From Streblomastix strix (Eukaryota): 49,897 nt of DNA. Positions 1 through 11,851 of this stretch are shown here, piece after piece. The stretch lies in the NCBI GenBank assembly GCA_008636045.1, contig SNRW01000007.1, forward strand, positions 1 to 49,897, in the 5' to 3' direction. Below the pieces are notes generated by a model. That model saw nothing but the letters and a program-made list of their open reading frames with translations, searched no databases and had not been told where the DNA came from. How positions within the stretch are numbered: the stretch's first letter is position 1; each line of letters begins with the position of its first letter. Both the position numbers and the translations under genes were made by a program.

Positions 1-44
1 ATAATCAATTATTCATTCATATTCATAACTTATTATTAATACAG

Positions 45-366
45 CTACTGTTCAGATATGATGGTTATTGATGTTCTCTTCCTCATTGCCAAACTACTCA
101 GAATGGCCACACCTGAAACTAAAGCTGCAGTTCTGGCTGGAAAACCGTTGGAGGTAATTAAATATTATTTATATTATAATAAATATATTAGAAATTTGTA
201 TTATTATATTATTATAAATAATCTAATTATTTAATTATATAATAATATTATAACTATTGTTATTATTATCTGCATATTCTACTACATGTAGGCAATCAAC
301 GAACTTGAAGGACGCAAAGACGAGACAGTCAAAAATAAGTCAGCATTTGTCAAGTCGCTTTTGTGA
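45..366 (+). CDS. 3' end (last two exons, 45-153 and 292-366) of a gene beginning upstream of the window; helical/ARM-like protein of unknown function
   Basis: AG acceptor at 43-44, GT donor at 154, AG at 290-291; spliced frame YCSDMMVIDVLFLIAKLLRMATPETKAAVLAGKPLE/AINELEGRKDETVKNKSAFVKSLL ends at TGA 364-366. Confidence 0.75.
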
Positions 367-724
367 GTCTATAAGTTTCAGTTATAAATAACTCCTTTCT
401 TTCTTACACAGATATAGTTAAGATGTGTCAATAAACTAGATTTTTTGATTCGTTAATAAAAATATAAATAGCTTAATGTGATTGTAAAGAAATGAATTGA
501 TTTTTGCTTTGAATCAAATAATATCCAATAATTTATTAATTATCCTTACTTTTCATTTCTTAAAATAAAACTCATTATTCAATAAAACAAAGGATTAAAA
601 TTATTACAACTTTAATATAAAATTAAACTAATAAAAATACAGGTTGTACTAATTAGTATGAAATGAATGACTGGTGAATAAAAATGAAAAATAGAAATAA
701 CTGAATATGCAAAACTTGTCATAT

Positions 725-1408
725 TCAGTTATTGTGAATGAAGCGGTTAAGTGTTGCATCTTTGGCCAAGTTTGCATAAACTTTGACAACACCAAAATAT
801 CCAACATTATCCATTTAAGCTTCCATTTCTTCTAATGCTCCATCTTCTTCCATTTATTCTTCTGTCCTTCGAACAAGTAATGGAAGAGGTTGGAAAGATG
901 GTTAATAATGATTTCTCCCTTCTTGAAGTTCTCTGAGAAAAACGTAGATGTTTATCAATCCACTCTTGATCTCCTCATCATCTTCCTCGCCGATGCCTCC
1001 AGCTGTGCTGAAGGAAATGCAAATCACTTTTCCAAATCCAACATTTACAAGATCAGCAAAGTCTTATGCATCTCCATATTCCGGAATTTTCAAAAGATAT
1101 TATCTACTTTTTTATCTGACATTAAATCTCAATCGATCGACTTCTTAGTTCGAATGTTTGCCAAGTTTGAATATGGTCAGTGATGCGAGTGGTCGAAGTA
1201 GATTCTGATTCTTAATCATTTATTTAAATTCATTATTATACCCAATTTAATCACTAAGATATTTAAGATAAGCTGCAATTTCAATTAGAGAATCTGTTGA
1301 TTCTGATTCTGGTTATTCAGTTTATTTTCTTTCCTTTTTATATGCGTATGAATCAGTAAATGATTTTATGGCTCTAGCAGCATCTTACATTTCTTATTCT
1401 GTTTGCAT
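725..1408 (-). CDS. 227-aa intronless lineage-specific helical protein, paralogous to the C-terminal domain of the gene at 19933-23843
   Basis: With TAR=Gln the frame is open from ATG 1408 to TGA 725-727 (MQTEQEMQDAARAIKSFT...STAGGIGEEDDEEI...EEQMEEDGALEEMEAQM...LNRFIHNN). It resembles SSCGGNEVENDNEI...EEQSEAEGLNEEIEAHL at ~20030-20235. Confidence 0.8.
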
Positions 1409-2834
1409 TTTATCCTGATTTTTATATAAATAAAATAGAAATTGAAATAATTAATAAGAAAACTAAAAGAGAAAGAATTATAAATTGGTAATTTAGTGTA
1501 TAAAATAAATGGAAATGGCGAAATAAAGCGTTATTTAAGAAAAAAATCTTTTTTAACGTTAGAAAGCATCATATTTATGACGCATTTTGTAAAAATTAAG
1601 TGTCGCGCCTATTGAAGTTGTATAAAATCATGTTAAAATTAAATTTTGATTTATGTAACATGTGTAAGAAATGATATTATGCGAAGAATTTTGAGTAAGC
1701 AATTAAGAAGCAATTATAATTAGGTATAAGTAGAATTGTTGAAAAATTGTTATAAAGATTAATTGCAATATTCAGCATATATCTATTTAGAGTATTGTTA
1801 TGTTGTTCACCCGTATTTTGCAAAATTATATTTTAGCATCATATAACAACTTATAAATAATTTTGAATGTGATATTAGATAAATTTATTAAATGATGATT
1901 GAAAAAGCTCATATCATAGCAAATTTATAATTAATTTATTGGAAAAATTGAATTCCAAAATTGGAGTTTGTAACGCTTCTAATTCTTGTAAAATGTTTCT
2001 ATTAAATATAAATTTATTATTTTTAAATAAATTATTTAATAAATTAATACTATTTCAATATATAATTGTTTACATTCAAATAATAAATTTTTTTTTTATA
2101 TCATTTAATTGAAAAACAACTCGTCAGCTAAGTTATTCAGGATACCAATTATTTAAATATATAACAAATAATCAAATGTCTATTTTTAAACAAGAATTAT
2201 TGCTAAATTAATGCAAATCTGTAATAAACATTAATTAATAAATTTCTCGATACTATTATAAGTTTATTCAAAATCGAATCGATATTGAAATATTGATTTG
2301 TTATCCCCGTATCTCCTTATCTCACCTCTTTATTGAGATATCATTGTGGCTCCAATACGTTCGGTTCGTGTACATGAATCCGACCTATGGGTTGGCCAAT
2401 TTGATGTGGCTAAGAATTCAAATAAGAAAACAACAACTTTACAAAAGTAATAAAAATTACATTTGAGTCCCGGTAAAGAGAGTTCGGCAGAACGAGGCAA
2501 GACAAGAAGAAATTAAAAATATAATAGTCAAAGTGGGAAAAAATTAAATAATAAAAACCCTCTGGGAAAAGTATTGATTAACGTTAATAAAAAACCCAGT
2601 TAAATATATAAAAAATTTAGAAAAACTTTAGAAAAAACTAAATTGAGAGTAAAAAATTGTTTTGAAAAAACTTCTCTCATGGGGAAAATAAATAACTAAG
2701 AGTAAAAAACCCCAATAAAATTGATAAATTAATGGTTTAACTGCTCTCTTGAGGAAAAGAAAATATTGAATCTAATAGAAAAGCATCAGGGAATAGTGGT
2801 ATATGTATAAAATAATTGTTAAACTGTTAAATTA

Positions 2835-3140
2835 AAAAATTAAATGCGCCAATTCTCCATTGACTGTTTTATCATTCTTGAGGATTGGTTTAATTTCACT
2901 CATTCGTATATTTCTTCTTCATATTCGTCGATGCAATTCGTTGACAACATCTCTTTATTGATAATCCGTTATATCCAACTCATCAAACTTTAACAGGGTA
3001 GTGTCCTTATCTCTGTATTATCATTCCATGCGCTCCAGCCCACCATCAACATCATTCGGCTTGTTCGATCAATAATATATAAACTCATCTTCAAATTTGT
3101 TGGATTTTTTTCTATCCTTAATTTGCACATTTCATCTGTC
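2835..3140 (-). pseudogene. Degenerate ORF overlapping the left inverted repeat of the Tc1-like element and running outward from it
   Basis: Protein-like frame NVQIKDRKKSNKFEDEFIYY*SNKPNDVDGGLERME*QYRDKDTTLLKFDELDITDYQQRDVVNELHRRI*RRNIRMSEIKPILKND with three TGA; higher GC than flanks; no recognisable family. Confidence 0.35.
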
Positions 3141-3316
3141 ATGAATACCAATCTATTTATATTAAATAATTTTTAAATAAATGAATTTTATATTATATAT
3201 ATGACTTAATAGTAGCATATCATTAATTAAAGTCCATTTGTCGGGCATACATTGAAAAAATAAAGATGTATTAATTTTGCTCATTAAATATTGAACCAAT
3301 TTATTTGATAAAATCA
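3078..3316. repeat. Left inverted repeat of the Tc1-like element
   Basis: tataaactcatcttcaaatttgttgga...ttatttgataaaatca is the reverse complement, with scattered mismatches, of 4462-4700. Confidence 0.9.
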
Positions 3317-3372
3317 ATTTTTCGTTCGAATGGTTATGTATTTACAAATGCGTAATATATGATGTGAAACTC

Positions 3373-4383
3373 TCATTGTACATATTTTCCTCCTCGCTTT
3401 AACAACTCAGTAAATCTTTTCTAGAACGAGTTATTGAGTAGTAGTATGTCTTTTTTTGTGATTTTCCTTCCTGCTCCTTGAATTCCAGCCCAGAGATCTT
3501 CTTCATTTTCGTAGTTGACTCCATCTTCATATACTTTGCGAACCAAGATTGACCACATGTTTTCGACTGGATTTAGGTCAGGTGATAGCGCTGGCCAGTC
3601 CAGAAATGAAAATCCGTAACTTTCAAGGTCTTTCAAGGTCTCCTTGTTTTTGTGACAGGATGCACTATCCATCTAGTATTTGAATTATTCTCCAAGTTCG
3701 GTATGAATCGATGGAAATACTTAACTTAACAATAGTTCTCTCTATACAACTGCTGTTATGCTTCCTTGCATTCTATCGTGAGACAAAATGCCGGCACTAT
3801 TAATTGTAGCAAGCACCATAACACCTTTGTATTTCCCGTAGTCCTTGCTGTATATCGAATTATCATCCTTCTCATCAAGTGAATACCAATAATAAGCCCA
3901 TCCGTCAGGTCCATCAAATCGAAATTTTTTCTCATCTGAGAAAATAATTTCAGTTTTCTTAGATTGATCATTCAATAAGAATTCTTCTGCAAATTGTATT
4001 CTTTTAGCAATATGTCTTTCCGTTAATTTAGGACGTCTTCTAAGTCTTTTTTTCTTTATTATCATGATATGCAACGTTCGTAATGTTGTCGACGGAGAAC
4101 TGTTAAGTGACAGCACTTTTGTTAATGTTCTATGGGATACTTTTCGATGTTTTTTTCAGATATCTGGAAATTCTTCTAAATGCGCGAACAGCAACCTTTG
4201 GCTTTGGACCTCTCTTTTTCGGTTCAAGGAGATTATTTCGATGAAGTAGCACTTGTCTAACCGTTTCGTAAGGTATTCCTTGCTTTTAAGAGATCTTTGT
4301 GAAAGATAACTTCTTTTTTTCACTCAATTCAATGATTCGCTTTTTCTTCGCCAGTGACAACGCAACGCCTCTAACCTTGCCAT
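3373..4383 (-). pseudogene. Tc1-family DD34E transposase with 5' frameshifts
   Basis: Motifs IIFSDEKKFRFDGPDG, YQMDSASCH (Q encoded by TAG) and WPALSPDLNPVENMW; 34 residues between second D and E. Track ORFs 3742-4116 and 3421-3672 are in one frame joined by TAA/TAG and end at TGA 3373-3375. Frameshifts occur near 4370 and in the homopolymer near 4155. Confidence 0.92.
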
Positions 4384-4461
4384 AAAAATGACATATTAAT
4401 TGAAAATTATTAGAAAAATTAGTAAATTAAACGTTAACGCACTCATACGTTTGATGACTAA

Positions 4462-4700
4462 TGATTTTATCAAATAATTTGGCTCAATATTTAATGGGCA
4501 AAATTAATACATCTTTATTTTTTCAATGTGTGCTCAACAAACAGACTTTAATTAATGATATATTACTAGTAAGTCATATATATAATATAAAATTCATTTA
4601 TTTAAATATTATTTAATATAAATAGATTGGTATTCATGACAGATGAAATGTACAAATTAAGGATAAAAAAATATCCAACAAATTTGAAGCTGAGTTTATA
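4462..4700. repeat. Right inverted repeat of the Tc1-like element, interrupted at 4700
   Basis: Reverse complement of 3078-3316; a short continuation (tatatattatt-atc) reappears at 11853-11866. Confidence 0.9.
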
Positions 4701-4975
4701 GACTGCACCACAGGGCTTTAATTCTGCCACGCTATTTGTAACCATAATCTCCGTGCCAAATGACTTTTATTACTAAGCTCAATTCATCAATGTGATGCAC
4801 AAATGATATTGACAATTCTATATAAATATCCATGACACAAATGAACAAAATTCATTAATGTGAGGCACAAATAACATAGACAATTCTATGTAAATATCTA
4901 TGACACAAATGAAAATAATTTATCAATGTGATACACAAATGATATAGACAATTCTAAGCAAACATCTATGGCACA
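4701..4975. repeat. Left TIR of the PolB element, including three tandem 68-bp units (starts 4781, 4849, 4917)
   Basis: Unit ~aattcatcaatgtgatgcacaaatgatattgacaattctatataaatatccatgacacaaatgaacaa repeated with period 68; each unit has two CACAAATGA-like motifs. Confidence 0.88.
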
Positions 4976-4997
4976 TTCATAATCAAAAATAGTGATA

Positions 4998-7900
4998 TCA
5001 TTAATCAATTAAGTAGTGATCTGCATTAAATTCATACATGAATGGTGCACAACATCCATTAGATAATACTACCATTTTATTATGAATACCTGTTAGCGCT
5101 GACTTTTCTATACTAATCATGGACATTATCCCCATTTTCTTCTAAAAATTATTAGTTGTCACATTGATATTACACCCATCATTCAAGCATTTAATGTAAT
5201 CATCATTTGTTAGATTTGTCTTCTTTTCACTGACTCCTTTCATCCGATTCACTAATGAAACTATGTCTTCATTTTATTCATTTCCATTGTATAGACTATA
5301 ACATTTAGGTGCAAGACAAATGATATTTTCTCCTTATGATTCAGTAGTGAGATTCATTAATCTCTTCTCTTTAGCAACAGTACAATTGTCCCATGGAAGC
5401 CTCTCTTTATTATGCAGGTCATAGAACAGTTAGTCTTTAATCACATACTTCAATCCTTATTTATAACCTTCAGTTTATGATCCAGCAATAGAGAAATACA
5501 TTGAGTCAGTATCCATATTACAGAAGTGAACTCAATTCATATCAATATATTTATAGAGGAAGTTATATATAAAATTTAAAAACCAAAACTTGCTATTATC
5601 CAGTGTAAATACAGCTTCTTGCAATGGCTTATTACACTTAAATTATGTAGGTGACTCACTATTCATATATTATGCTTCTTCAATAACATCACCATCAGAA
5701 TTGTATATATCTTCACTTAATTTTCTAGTTGCCTTATGATCTTATTTCAATTACTTGAGTGATGCTTGTCTAGCATTGTTAAATGATATCCTATCAAATT
5801 TTGCATTATTTTATCCCTCTCCTCCAAAAGCACTATTCAGAATCTATTTGTAGTATAACGATTTTGTATCATTGTGTTGACTAATTGCATCCTATCTTTT
5901 ACTCATCATTGTACACACAAATGATTCAAAACCTAGGTGTTTATCAAATAGGGCTATTGAATCAATGTCATCAATAATTAAATTACAATAGTCAATCAAA
6001 AACCATAAAATGTAACAAGTGAAACATATAAATTGGTTATATGTTGATATTAATGATGTTAGTTTTGTAGTTGATTTGTCAACAGTAAGTTTCTATGATT
6101 TCATCTTATTACACATAAATTCACCTATCTATTCAAATGAATTAAAATATGTCAATTTTCTCCAAATTGTTGCTAAACATTTGTGTGAATTAATATGTTT
6201 TTCATCAATATGACATTAAATTTTGACACAGAACAGTTATCCTTTGTCATTAAATCTATCATCACTCATAATTATATCACGAGCTTTTTTTTTTGAATTA
6301 TTAGATGAACATTTGTAACAATTAATTATTCCACCTGCTTGATATACACTGTGATTTGTATATGAATTATTTTTGTTGAAGAATCCATTATAGACGGAGG
6401 GAAGAAGAGAATTGAAATCTAAGTCAAAAATGTGGGTAACAATATACTAATTATCATATGATGTTATTGTTTTAGTAACATGATTATATATAAGTTTGTT
6501 GATGTGTGTGATACCTTTCAAATTACATTAATGATACACATTAGACAGTCCACCTTACATACATTCCTTTAACATATTTTATACGGATTCGTTGTTAATT
6601 GTCATTGACAGATGTTCATGGATAGCATATTTCATTAATTGTATGTTTAATTTACTAATATCATTATCTTTGTCAGCCTTAACAGTATTACATATTTAAT
6701 AAGCTAGTTAACAGTTCTATTTTGTATGACAAATTGAATTATCAATTCTGTCTAAAGTAGGTTTGTTTTCTTTAGTGAATTTGTTGTGGCATAGAAGACA
6801 TGGCTCCCTAAAAACTTTATCTCTAAACCAATCAATATTATCTTCAGTAACATTATTAATTGTATCCCTCTTAGCAAACTCATCTTGATTAATATATCCT
6901 TTGACTTTGTAATTCCACCAGTATTAAGTAACTTCGAATTATTCAAATCCATTAACTATATTATAACTTGTATTGATAACGAATTTATCATAACAGTACT
7001 TGTATTTAATTTAACTAGCAATTTGAGCTAATGATATTCAACCTAGCATATCAACTTTCTCTTTCCATGTAATTTGAAAAAGATGACTGAGTGGGTTAAT
7101 CATACAAGTAACATCCCTGATATTATAGTGCTTTAGATACTCCCATTTATTTTCAATATTGATTGAATCATTACAGTACTGTTCATAATCTTCGTCACTA
7201 ATATTCTTATTATTAAGTTTGTCAAAGAAATTATCTTTAGTAAATGGAGTTATTAGTCCTAATACCTATTTGTAGTTATCATAATTGAATGATCCATATG
7301 GTAATATACCCTTTGTTAGTTTTATACCTTTAGTACCAAATTTCTCAACGAATTACTTTAATGTGTTGTTTGGTAGGATGAATAATAATATATCGATAAA
7401 TTTCAAGTCAAAATCATAATCTTAATGTGATACTACTGTCTATTAAGCTTATGTTGTTGATCTCATATATTAAATTTTAGTCTTATTTTTAATTAAGTGT
7501 TTTAGTAACAAATTCATTTCAAACTTCTTAGAATTGAATCCTATAACTGACACTTGAGGCTTATATGGAATATAGTTCTTGTCATTGATTAATACTTCTG
7601 GAATATTCGATTAATTAGCTTCATTGACTTTTATAGCAACTTCAAACAATTAACTTATCCATTATTCAATAAAATCAGTTCCGTTTCGTAAATCAAAATA
7701 TAATGTAATAATTTAATCATTTATTGTTTCTGCTGATGCTACAGATAACGGTTCTTATTAAGCTAACACATTGTCTTCATTAGTTATGTTCTCTACTGTC
7801 TCAAAATCAAATGTAATGTAATTTAGTGAAGGAGTTAACTAATCTGATTAGCATGTTGCTACCAATTTCTAGAGTAACTTACTATTTGATATATGTGGAT

Positions 7901-10112
7901 AATATGACTTTGGTAAGTGATCTAATTTAACTAATTTAGATGTCTCAGGACCCTAACAGAACTTCAAATATCTAGCAAGGTCTCGCTTATAATTCTAATT
8001 CTTAGTATTAAATATCATCTAACAGTTGCGTGGACAGAGCTTTCCATTAATTACTTTATCAATATAACTAATATATATCGCATGGATTTCACCTACTAAT
8101 GACAATGGAACTAATAGAACATTAACGGTAAAATAGTCATTATCGATAATGTATTCATCATATTTGTTAAATTATTCGACATTGCAACGATTTGTTTTTT
8201 TATTTTACCTCATCACATGTGTATGTTATTATATTTAATTTGAATATTTGTTGATATCTTTCGAGATCAGTAACTAAATTGAAACGTTTATATGATTCAA
8301 GTAGCTAATTATTAGCTCTATTTAATCTCTAACTTGAGTTAACGTCATAGTATTAGAGAAACAGTTTAAAAGCATCACTAACTCTAGTTCTTGTTTAATC
8401 AATCTCAGGATGTAAAGCAAATGATGCGACTATGAACCAACAAATTTTGTAATCACATTCTACGTTTCTAGTAGTTCCTTTTTTTTTGAAGTGCTAACAT
8501 ATTCTATCCATTTTAGTACCTAACGGCAGTCTATAAACAATAATCAAAAACGAATAAAGTGCTACCTTTAATGTAGTTGAGTCTTCATGAGTTGCGTTTT
8601 AATAATCGGATAGTAAATCAACAACTTTCTATTTGAAATAGTTATTAGTTTGATTATCTCGAACTATAGTGTTAGGTAGAGTCTTGTTACTGTTAACAGC
8701 ACTAGGTCCTGTGTGAGAGTAATGATATTCATCTAATGTTTGTTAATGCTTGTAGATTTATTTCTTTTTCTAACAGATAGATCCAAAATGAATGTATACT
8801 TTATAGGATTTAGCTTTCTCTAACTCATGTACTTAATCAATTTTATCTTTCAGTTGCTATAAGTCATAGAAATGATCGTAATAGTATTAGAAATATGGCT
8901 CTTTATTGAATATATCTTTTGACTTCATTAATTTATCAGATAGTCCTTCAATATTGACTTCATTCTTATTTTAGAATTTCTTGCGTGCCTGAGCTAATGT
9001 GGCATAATAAACTGATAAATTCTATTGTGTGAAGATAACGAATGCTTTCTATTCAAGTTCTCTATTTTTATTTAATTATTGTGTTTTTGTTATATTTGGT
9101 TCATTAAAGTGATCCATATGTAATCCATGTTACTCATCATTAAATATGTAATCCATGTTACTCATCATTAAGCTTTTTAACTCTTCTATTGAATTCTTTA
9201 GCACCTAATTTTGTTTCTAAGAAACTGAGAATTCTAAATGGTTTTTCACTTTATCTCTTATATCTTTAATTGATGAGTATCTATTACAATTATTCGTATA
9301 GCTTATATCTCTTCCATTTGCCTTAAATCACTTTAGCAGCATTTACTTACTATTTCATTATTTATTACGCTAAGTGTCTTCGATAATGCTTTTGGATTAG
9401 AACAGCTGCTTTATTCTATTTCTCTAACTTATCCTTTAATTCTTGTATCTTTTATTGATGTAATTGTTCTTATTAATCTAATTCTTACTAATGTTTCAAT
9501 TATTGTTCATCAAATTATTACTTATAATTCTCATTAATCTCTTTTCGCTACGAACTATGTTCACGGCATAAATGCTATTGAATCTATTCTTCCAAATCAA
9601 ATTTCTCTCTTAATATATTATTAATTGTTTGTAAAGACTCTTATAACTAATGTATCTAGTTAGTTATTTATTGCTGTGCTTGTATCAATTATTATGTACG
9701 TTATCTTCGACCACTTTCTACAAATTTTTATTTATAATTATCTCTGAATTTACTAGAATTGAATAGACCATTATCATCAATATTATCAGGTTAATTCAAA
9801 TCGTTTATAATTTCATCAATACTTGTATTTAATTGTAGTTATTGATCATTAACTGGTTTCATTATTGGTTCGATTATTGGTTCCATTATTGATTATTATT
9901 GATTATTATTAATATTGTTATAGTTTGACTAATTTATTAACGAATGTTGTAATTGTTATACCATTTCTCTTCGAACCTTAATATCCTTATTAGTGAATAT
10001 GAGGTAATAATATATCAAGTGATTACTATCTTGTTGAATGTATTGTTGGGATTGATAAGTGTAATGAGTTAATTAAAGTGTATAATTAGTCAAGAGATAG
10101 GTACTTGTTCAT
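4998..10112 (-). pseudogene. Giant (~1700-codon) protein-primed-type family B DNA polymerase with long N-terminal extension; disrupted
   Basis: With TAR=Gln: ExoI YITFDFETVE (~7800), ExoII VIGFNSKKFE (~7530), KGILPY (~7300), ExoIII YLKHYNIRDV (~7120), motif A DLDFNSLLPS (~6410), motif B YKQILNSAFG (~5840), motif C CNMDTDSMYF (~5510), then APKCY and KGV; final TGA 4998-5000. In-frame TGA at 5532-5534 and 7038-7040; frameshifts in the N-terminal half, including a 28-bp tandem duplication at 9116-9171. Likely ATG at 10112. Confidence 0.9.
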
Positions 10113-10209
10113 TTTACTATAGCAATAAATTAATAAAAAAAAATTTTTTTAAAAGTTGATCAAAAGTTGATTAATAAATGTATGTTTGTCTTTTTATTCT
10201 TAATACAAA

Positions 10210-11082
10210 ATGAGTAAAACTTATGATGATGCTGAAATCAATGAATAAGTATAATATAATGATAATAATAACACCTTTGGTGTCGGCATAAATGCTACCA
10301 ACTCTGTTGGCTCTCATGGTATTGATGAATAATTAACATAAAAATAAAAATCTACTCTATTAAATGAATTATCTTAATTACATGATTCAAAATCAGTTAG
10401 AAAATATTTAATAATTCATCCTCAATTAATGTAAATATCATTACATGAGATGAATACTGCGTTGCGAGTTCCGGATTATTAACTTTCACGAAGAAATGAT
10501 AAATTAATATTATATACTGCTAAACATTTAAAAGAAAAAAGTGACAACAATAATTCTAATATTACTTGAGAATTTGATGATTAAAATTCTAATGAATCTC
10601 CGTAACTAACTCCATCTATACAATAGTCACAGATGATTCCTTAAGTATAGGAATAGCTTAAAAATAAAACACAATAAAATTTATTGATTGATAATGGAAT
10701 ATTTTAAAGTGATTTAGGTTAAATTTTAGAAGCAAGTTTTGAATATTTACGTTAAATAACTGGAATTGATTCAAATATTAGCAATGATTAATATAGTTAG
10801 GTTAGATAGTAATATATTGATAACACTAATCAATACGATATCATAAAAATAGATAAATTAATCACTTTACTTGATTAAACTCTAATTGGATTATACATTA
10901 GAAATATATATTCATTATCAACCCTATTCTTTGAATAAAATTAATACATACATAAATCTTAACATTAATAATTCATTGAATAATTATATAGACAAAATAA
11001 TCCTAAATATCAACAAGAAAGTAATATTGCAGAGAGATTAGGTTTCAAAAAACATAACAATGTATTAAATATACATCAATGA
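10210..11082 (+). pseudogene. ORF2 of the PolB element, 290 codons, unknown function, one in-frame TGA
   Basis: ATG 10210 to TGA 11080-11082 is open with TAR=Gln except TGA at 10567-10569 (MSKTYDDAEINEQ...LLNELSQLHDSKSVRKYLIIHPQL...NIAERLGFKKHNNVLNIHQ); divergent from the PolB start across 97 bp. Confidence 0.7.
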
Positions 11083-11578
11083 TTTAGTAAATCTTTATTT
11101 TTATTCATAATATTTGAAAATATTGATACACAAAGTACTCTCATATTTGAAATTATTTGAAAAATTTTAGCAAATTATTTCATACTACATTTACACACAA
11201 CACTATAGCACTATATTAATTAGTATACATATTAGTGATGGATATAATGATATATACTATTTATATAAACAATTGATATATTTAGTTTATTAGTTAGTGA
11301 AGAAATTATTAGTCAAAATTGTTAAATTTTTTTATAAATTTTGAAAATTACAGGCCTGTAATTCAAATAATTTTGAACATTTTTGAACATTTTTGGTAAT
11401 TATTTCTTATCATTAATTTGATGATAGATATGTAAATAATTTGTTTAGATTATTAAATAACTTTATGAAAATGCTTAATATTCTGAAGTCATAGATTTGA
11501 AACCATAGGTTTGAGTTTCACTAAGCTCTGCTAACTATTTGAGTAACATAAATTGTAAATTTTGATGATTAATGTGTT

Positions 11579-11851
11579 TACTCGAAGTGTAAAAATGCAA
11601 AGCATTATCATTTGAATCATAGGTATTTGAATAGAATTGTTACTCGAAGAGTCAGAATGCAAAGCGTTATCCATATCATTTGTGTATTACATTGATGAAT
11701 TATGTTCATTTGTATCATAGATATTTGTATAGAATTGTCCATATCATTTGAGAATTACTTTGATGAATTGATCATTAGTTGCAAAAGTCATTTGGTATGG
11801 AGATTATGGTTACAATTAGCGCGGCAGAATTAGTAGACTGTGATGCAGCCC
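11579..11851. repeat. Right TIR of the PolB element (~11665-11851) plus a subterminal 62-bp-period repeat
   Basis: Reverse complement of 4701-~4890; tactcgaag...aatgcaaagc.ttatc occurs at 11579 and 11641. Confidence 0.85.

Larger units (their letters stand above)
3078..4700 (-). mobile_element. Tc1/mariner (DD34E, Tc3-like) DNA transposon, decayed
   Basis: Transposase pseudogene flanked by ~239-bp imperfect inverted repeats at 3078-3316 and 4462-4700. True outer termini are uncertain because the right repeat abuts another element. Confidence 0.9.

Noticed and set aside
890..1183. Plus-strand track ORFs 890-1183 and 948-1148
   Set aside because: Antisense shadows of the 725-1408 minus-strand gene; most other short track ORFs are likewise shadows or fragments caused by using the standard code.
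4781..4975. Regularly spaced repeats as a CRISPR array
   Set aside because: Units are contiguous near-copies without unique spacers, lie inside a TIR, and no cas genes are present; the same applies to the 64-bp and 22-bp intronic repeats.
9565..10297. 14-bp match cggcataaatgcta at ~9565 and ~10284
   Set aside because: Only two copies, inside oppositely oriented ORFs, with no structural context.
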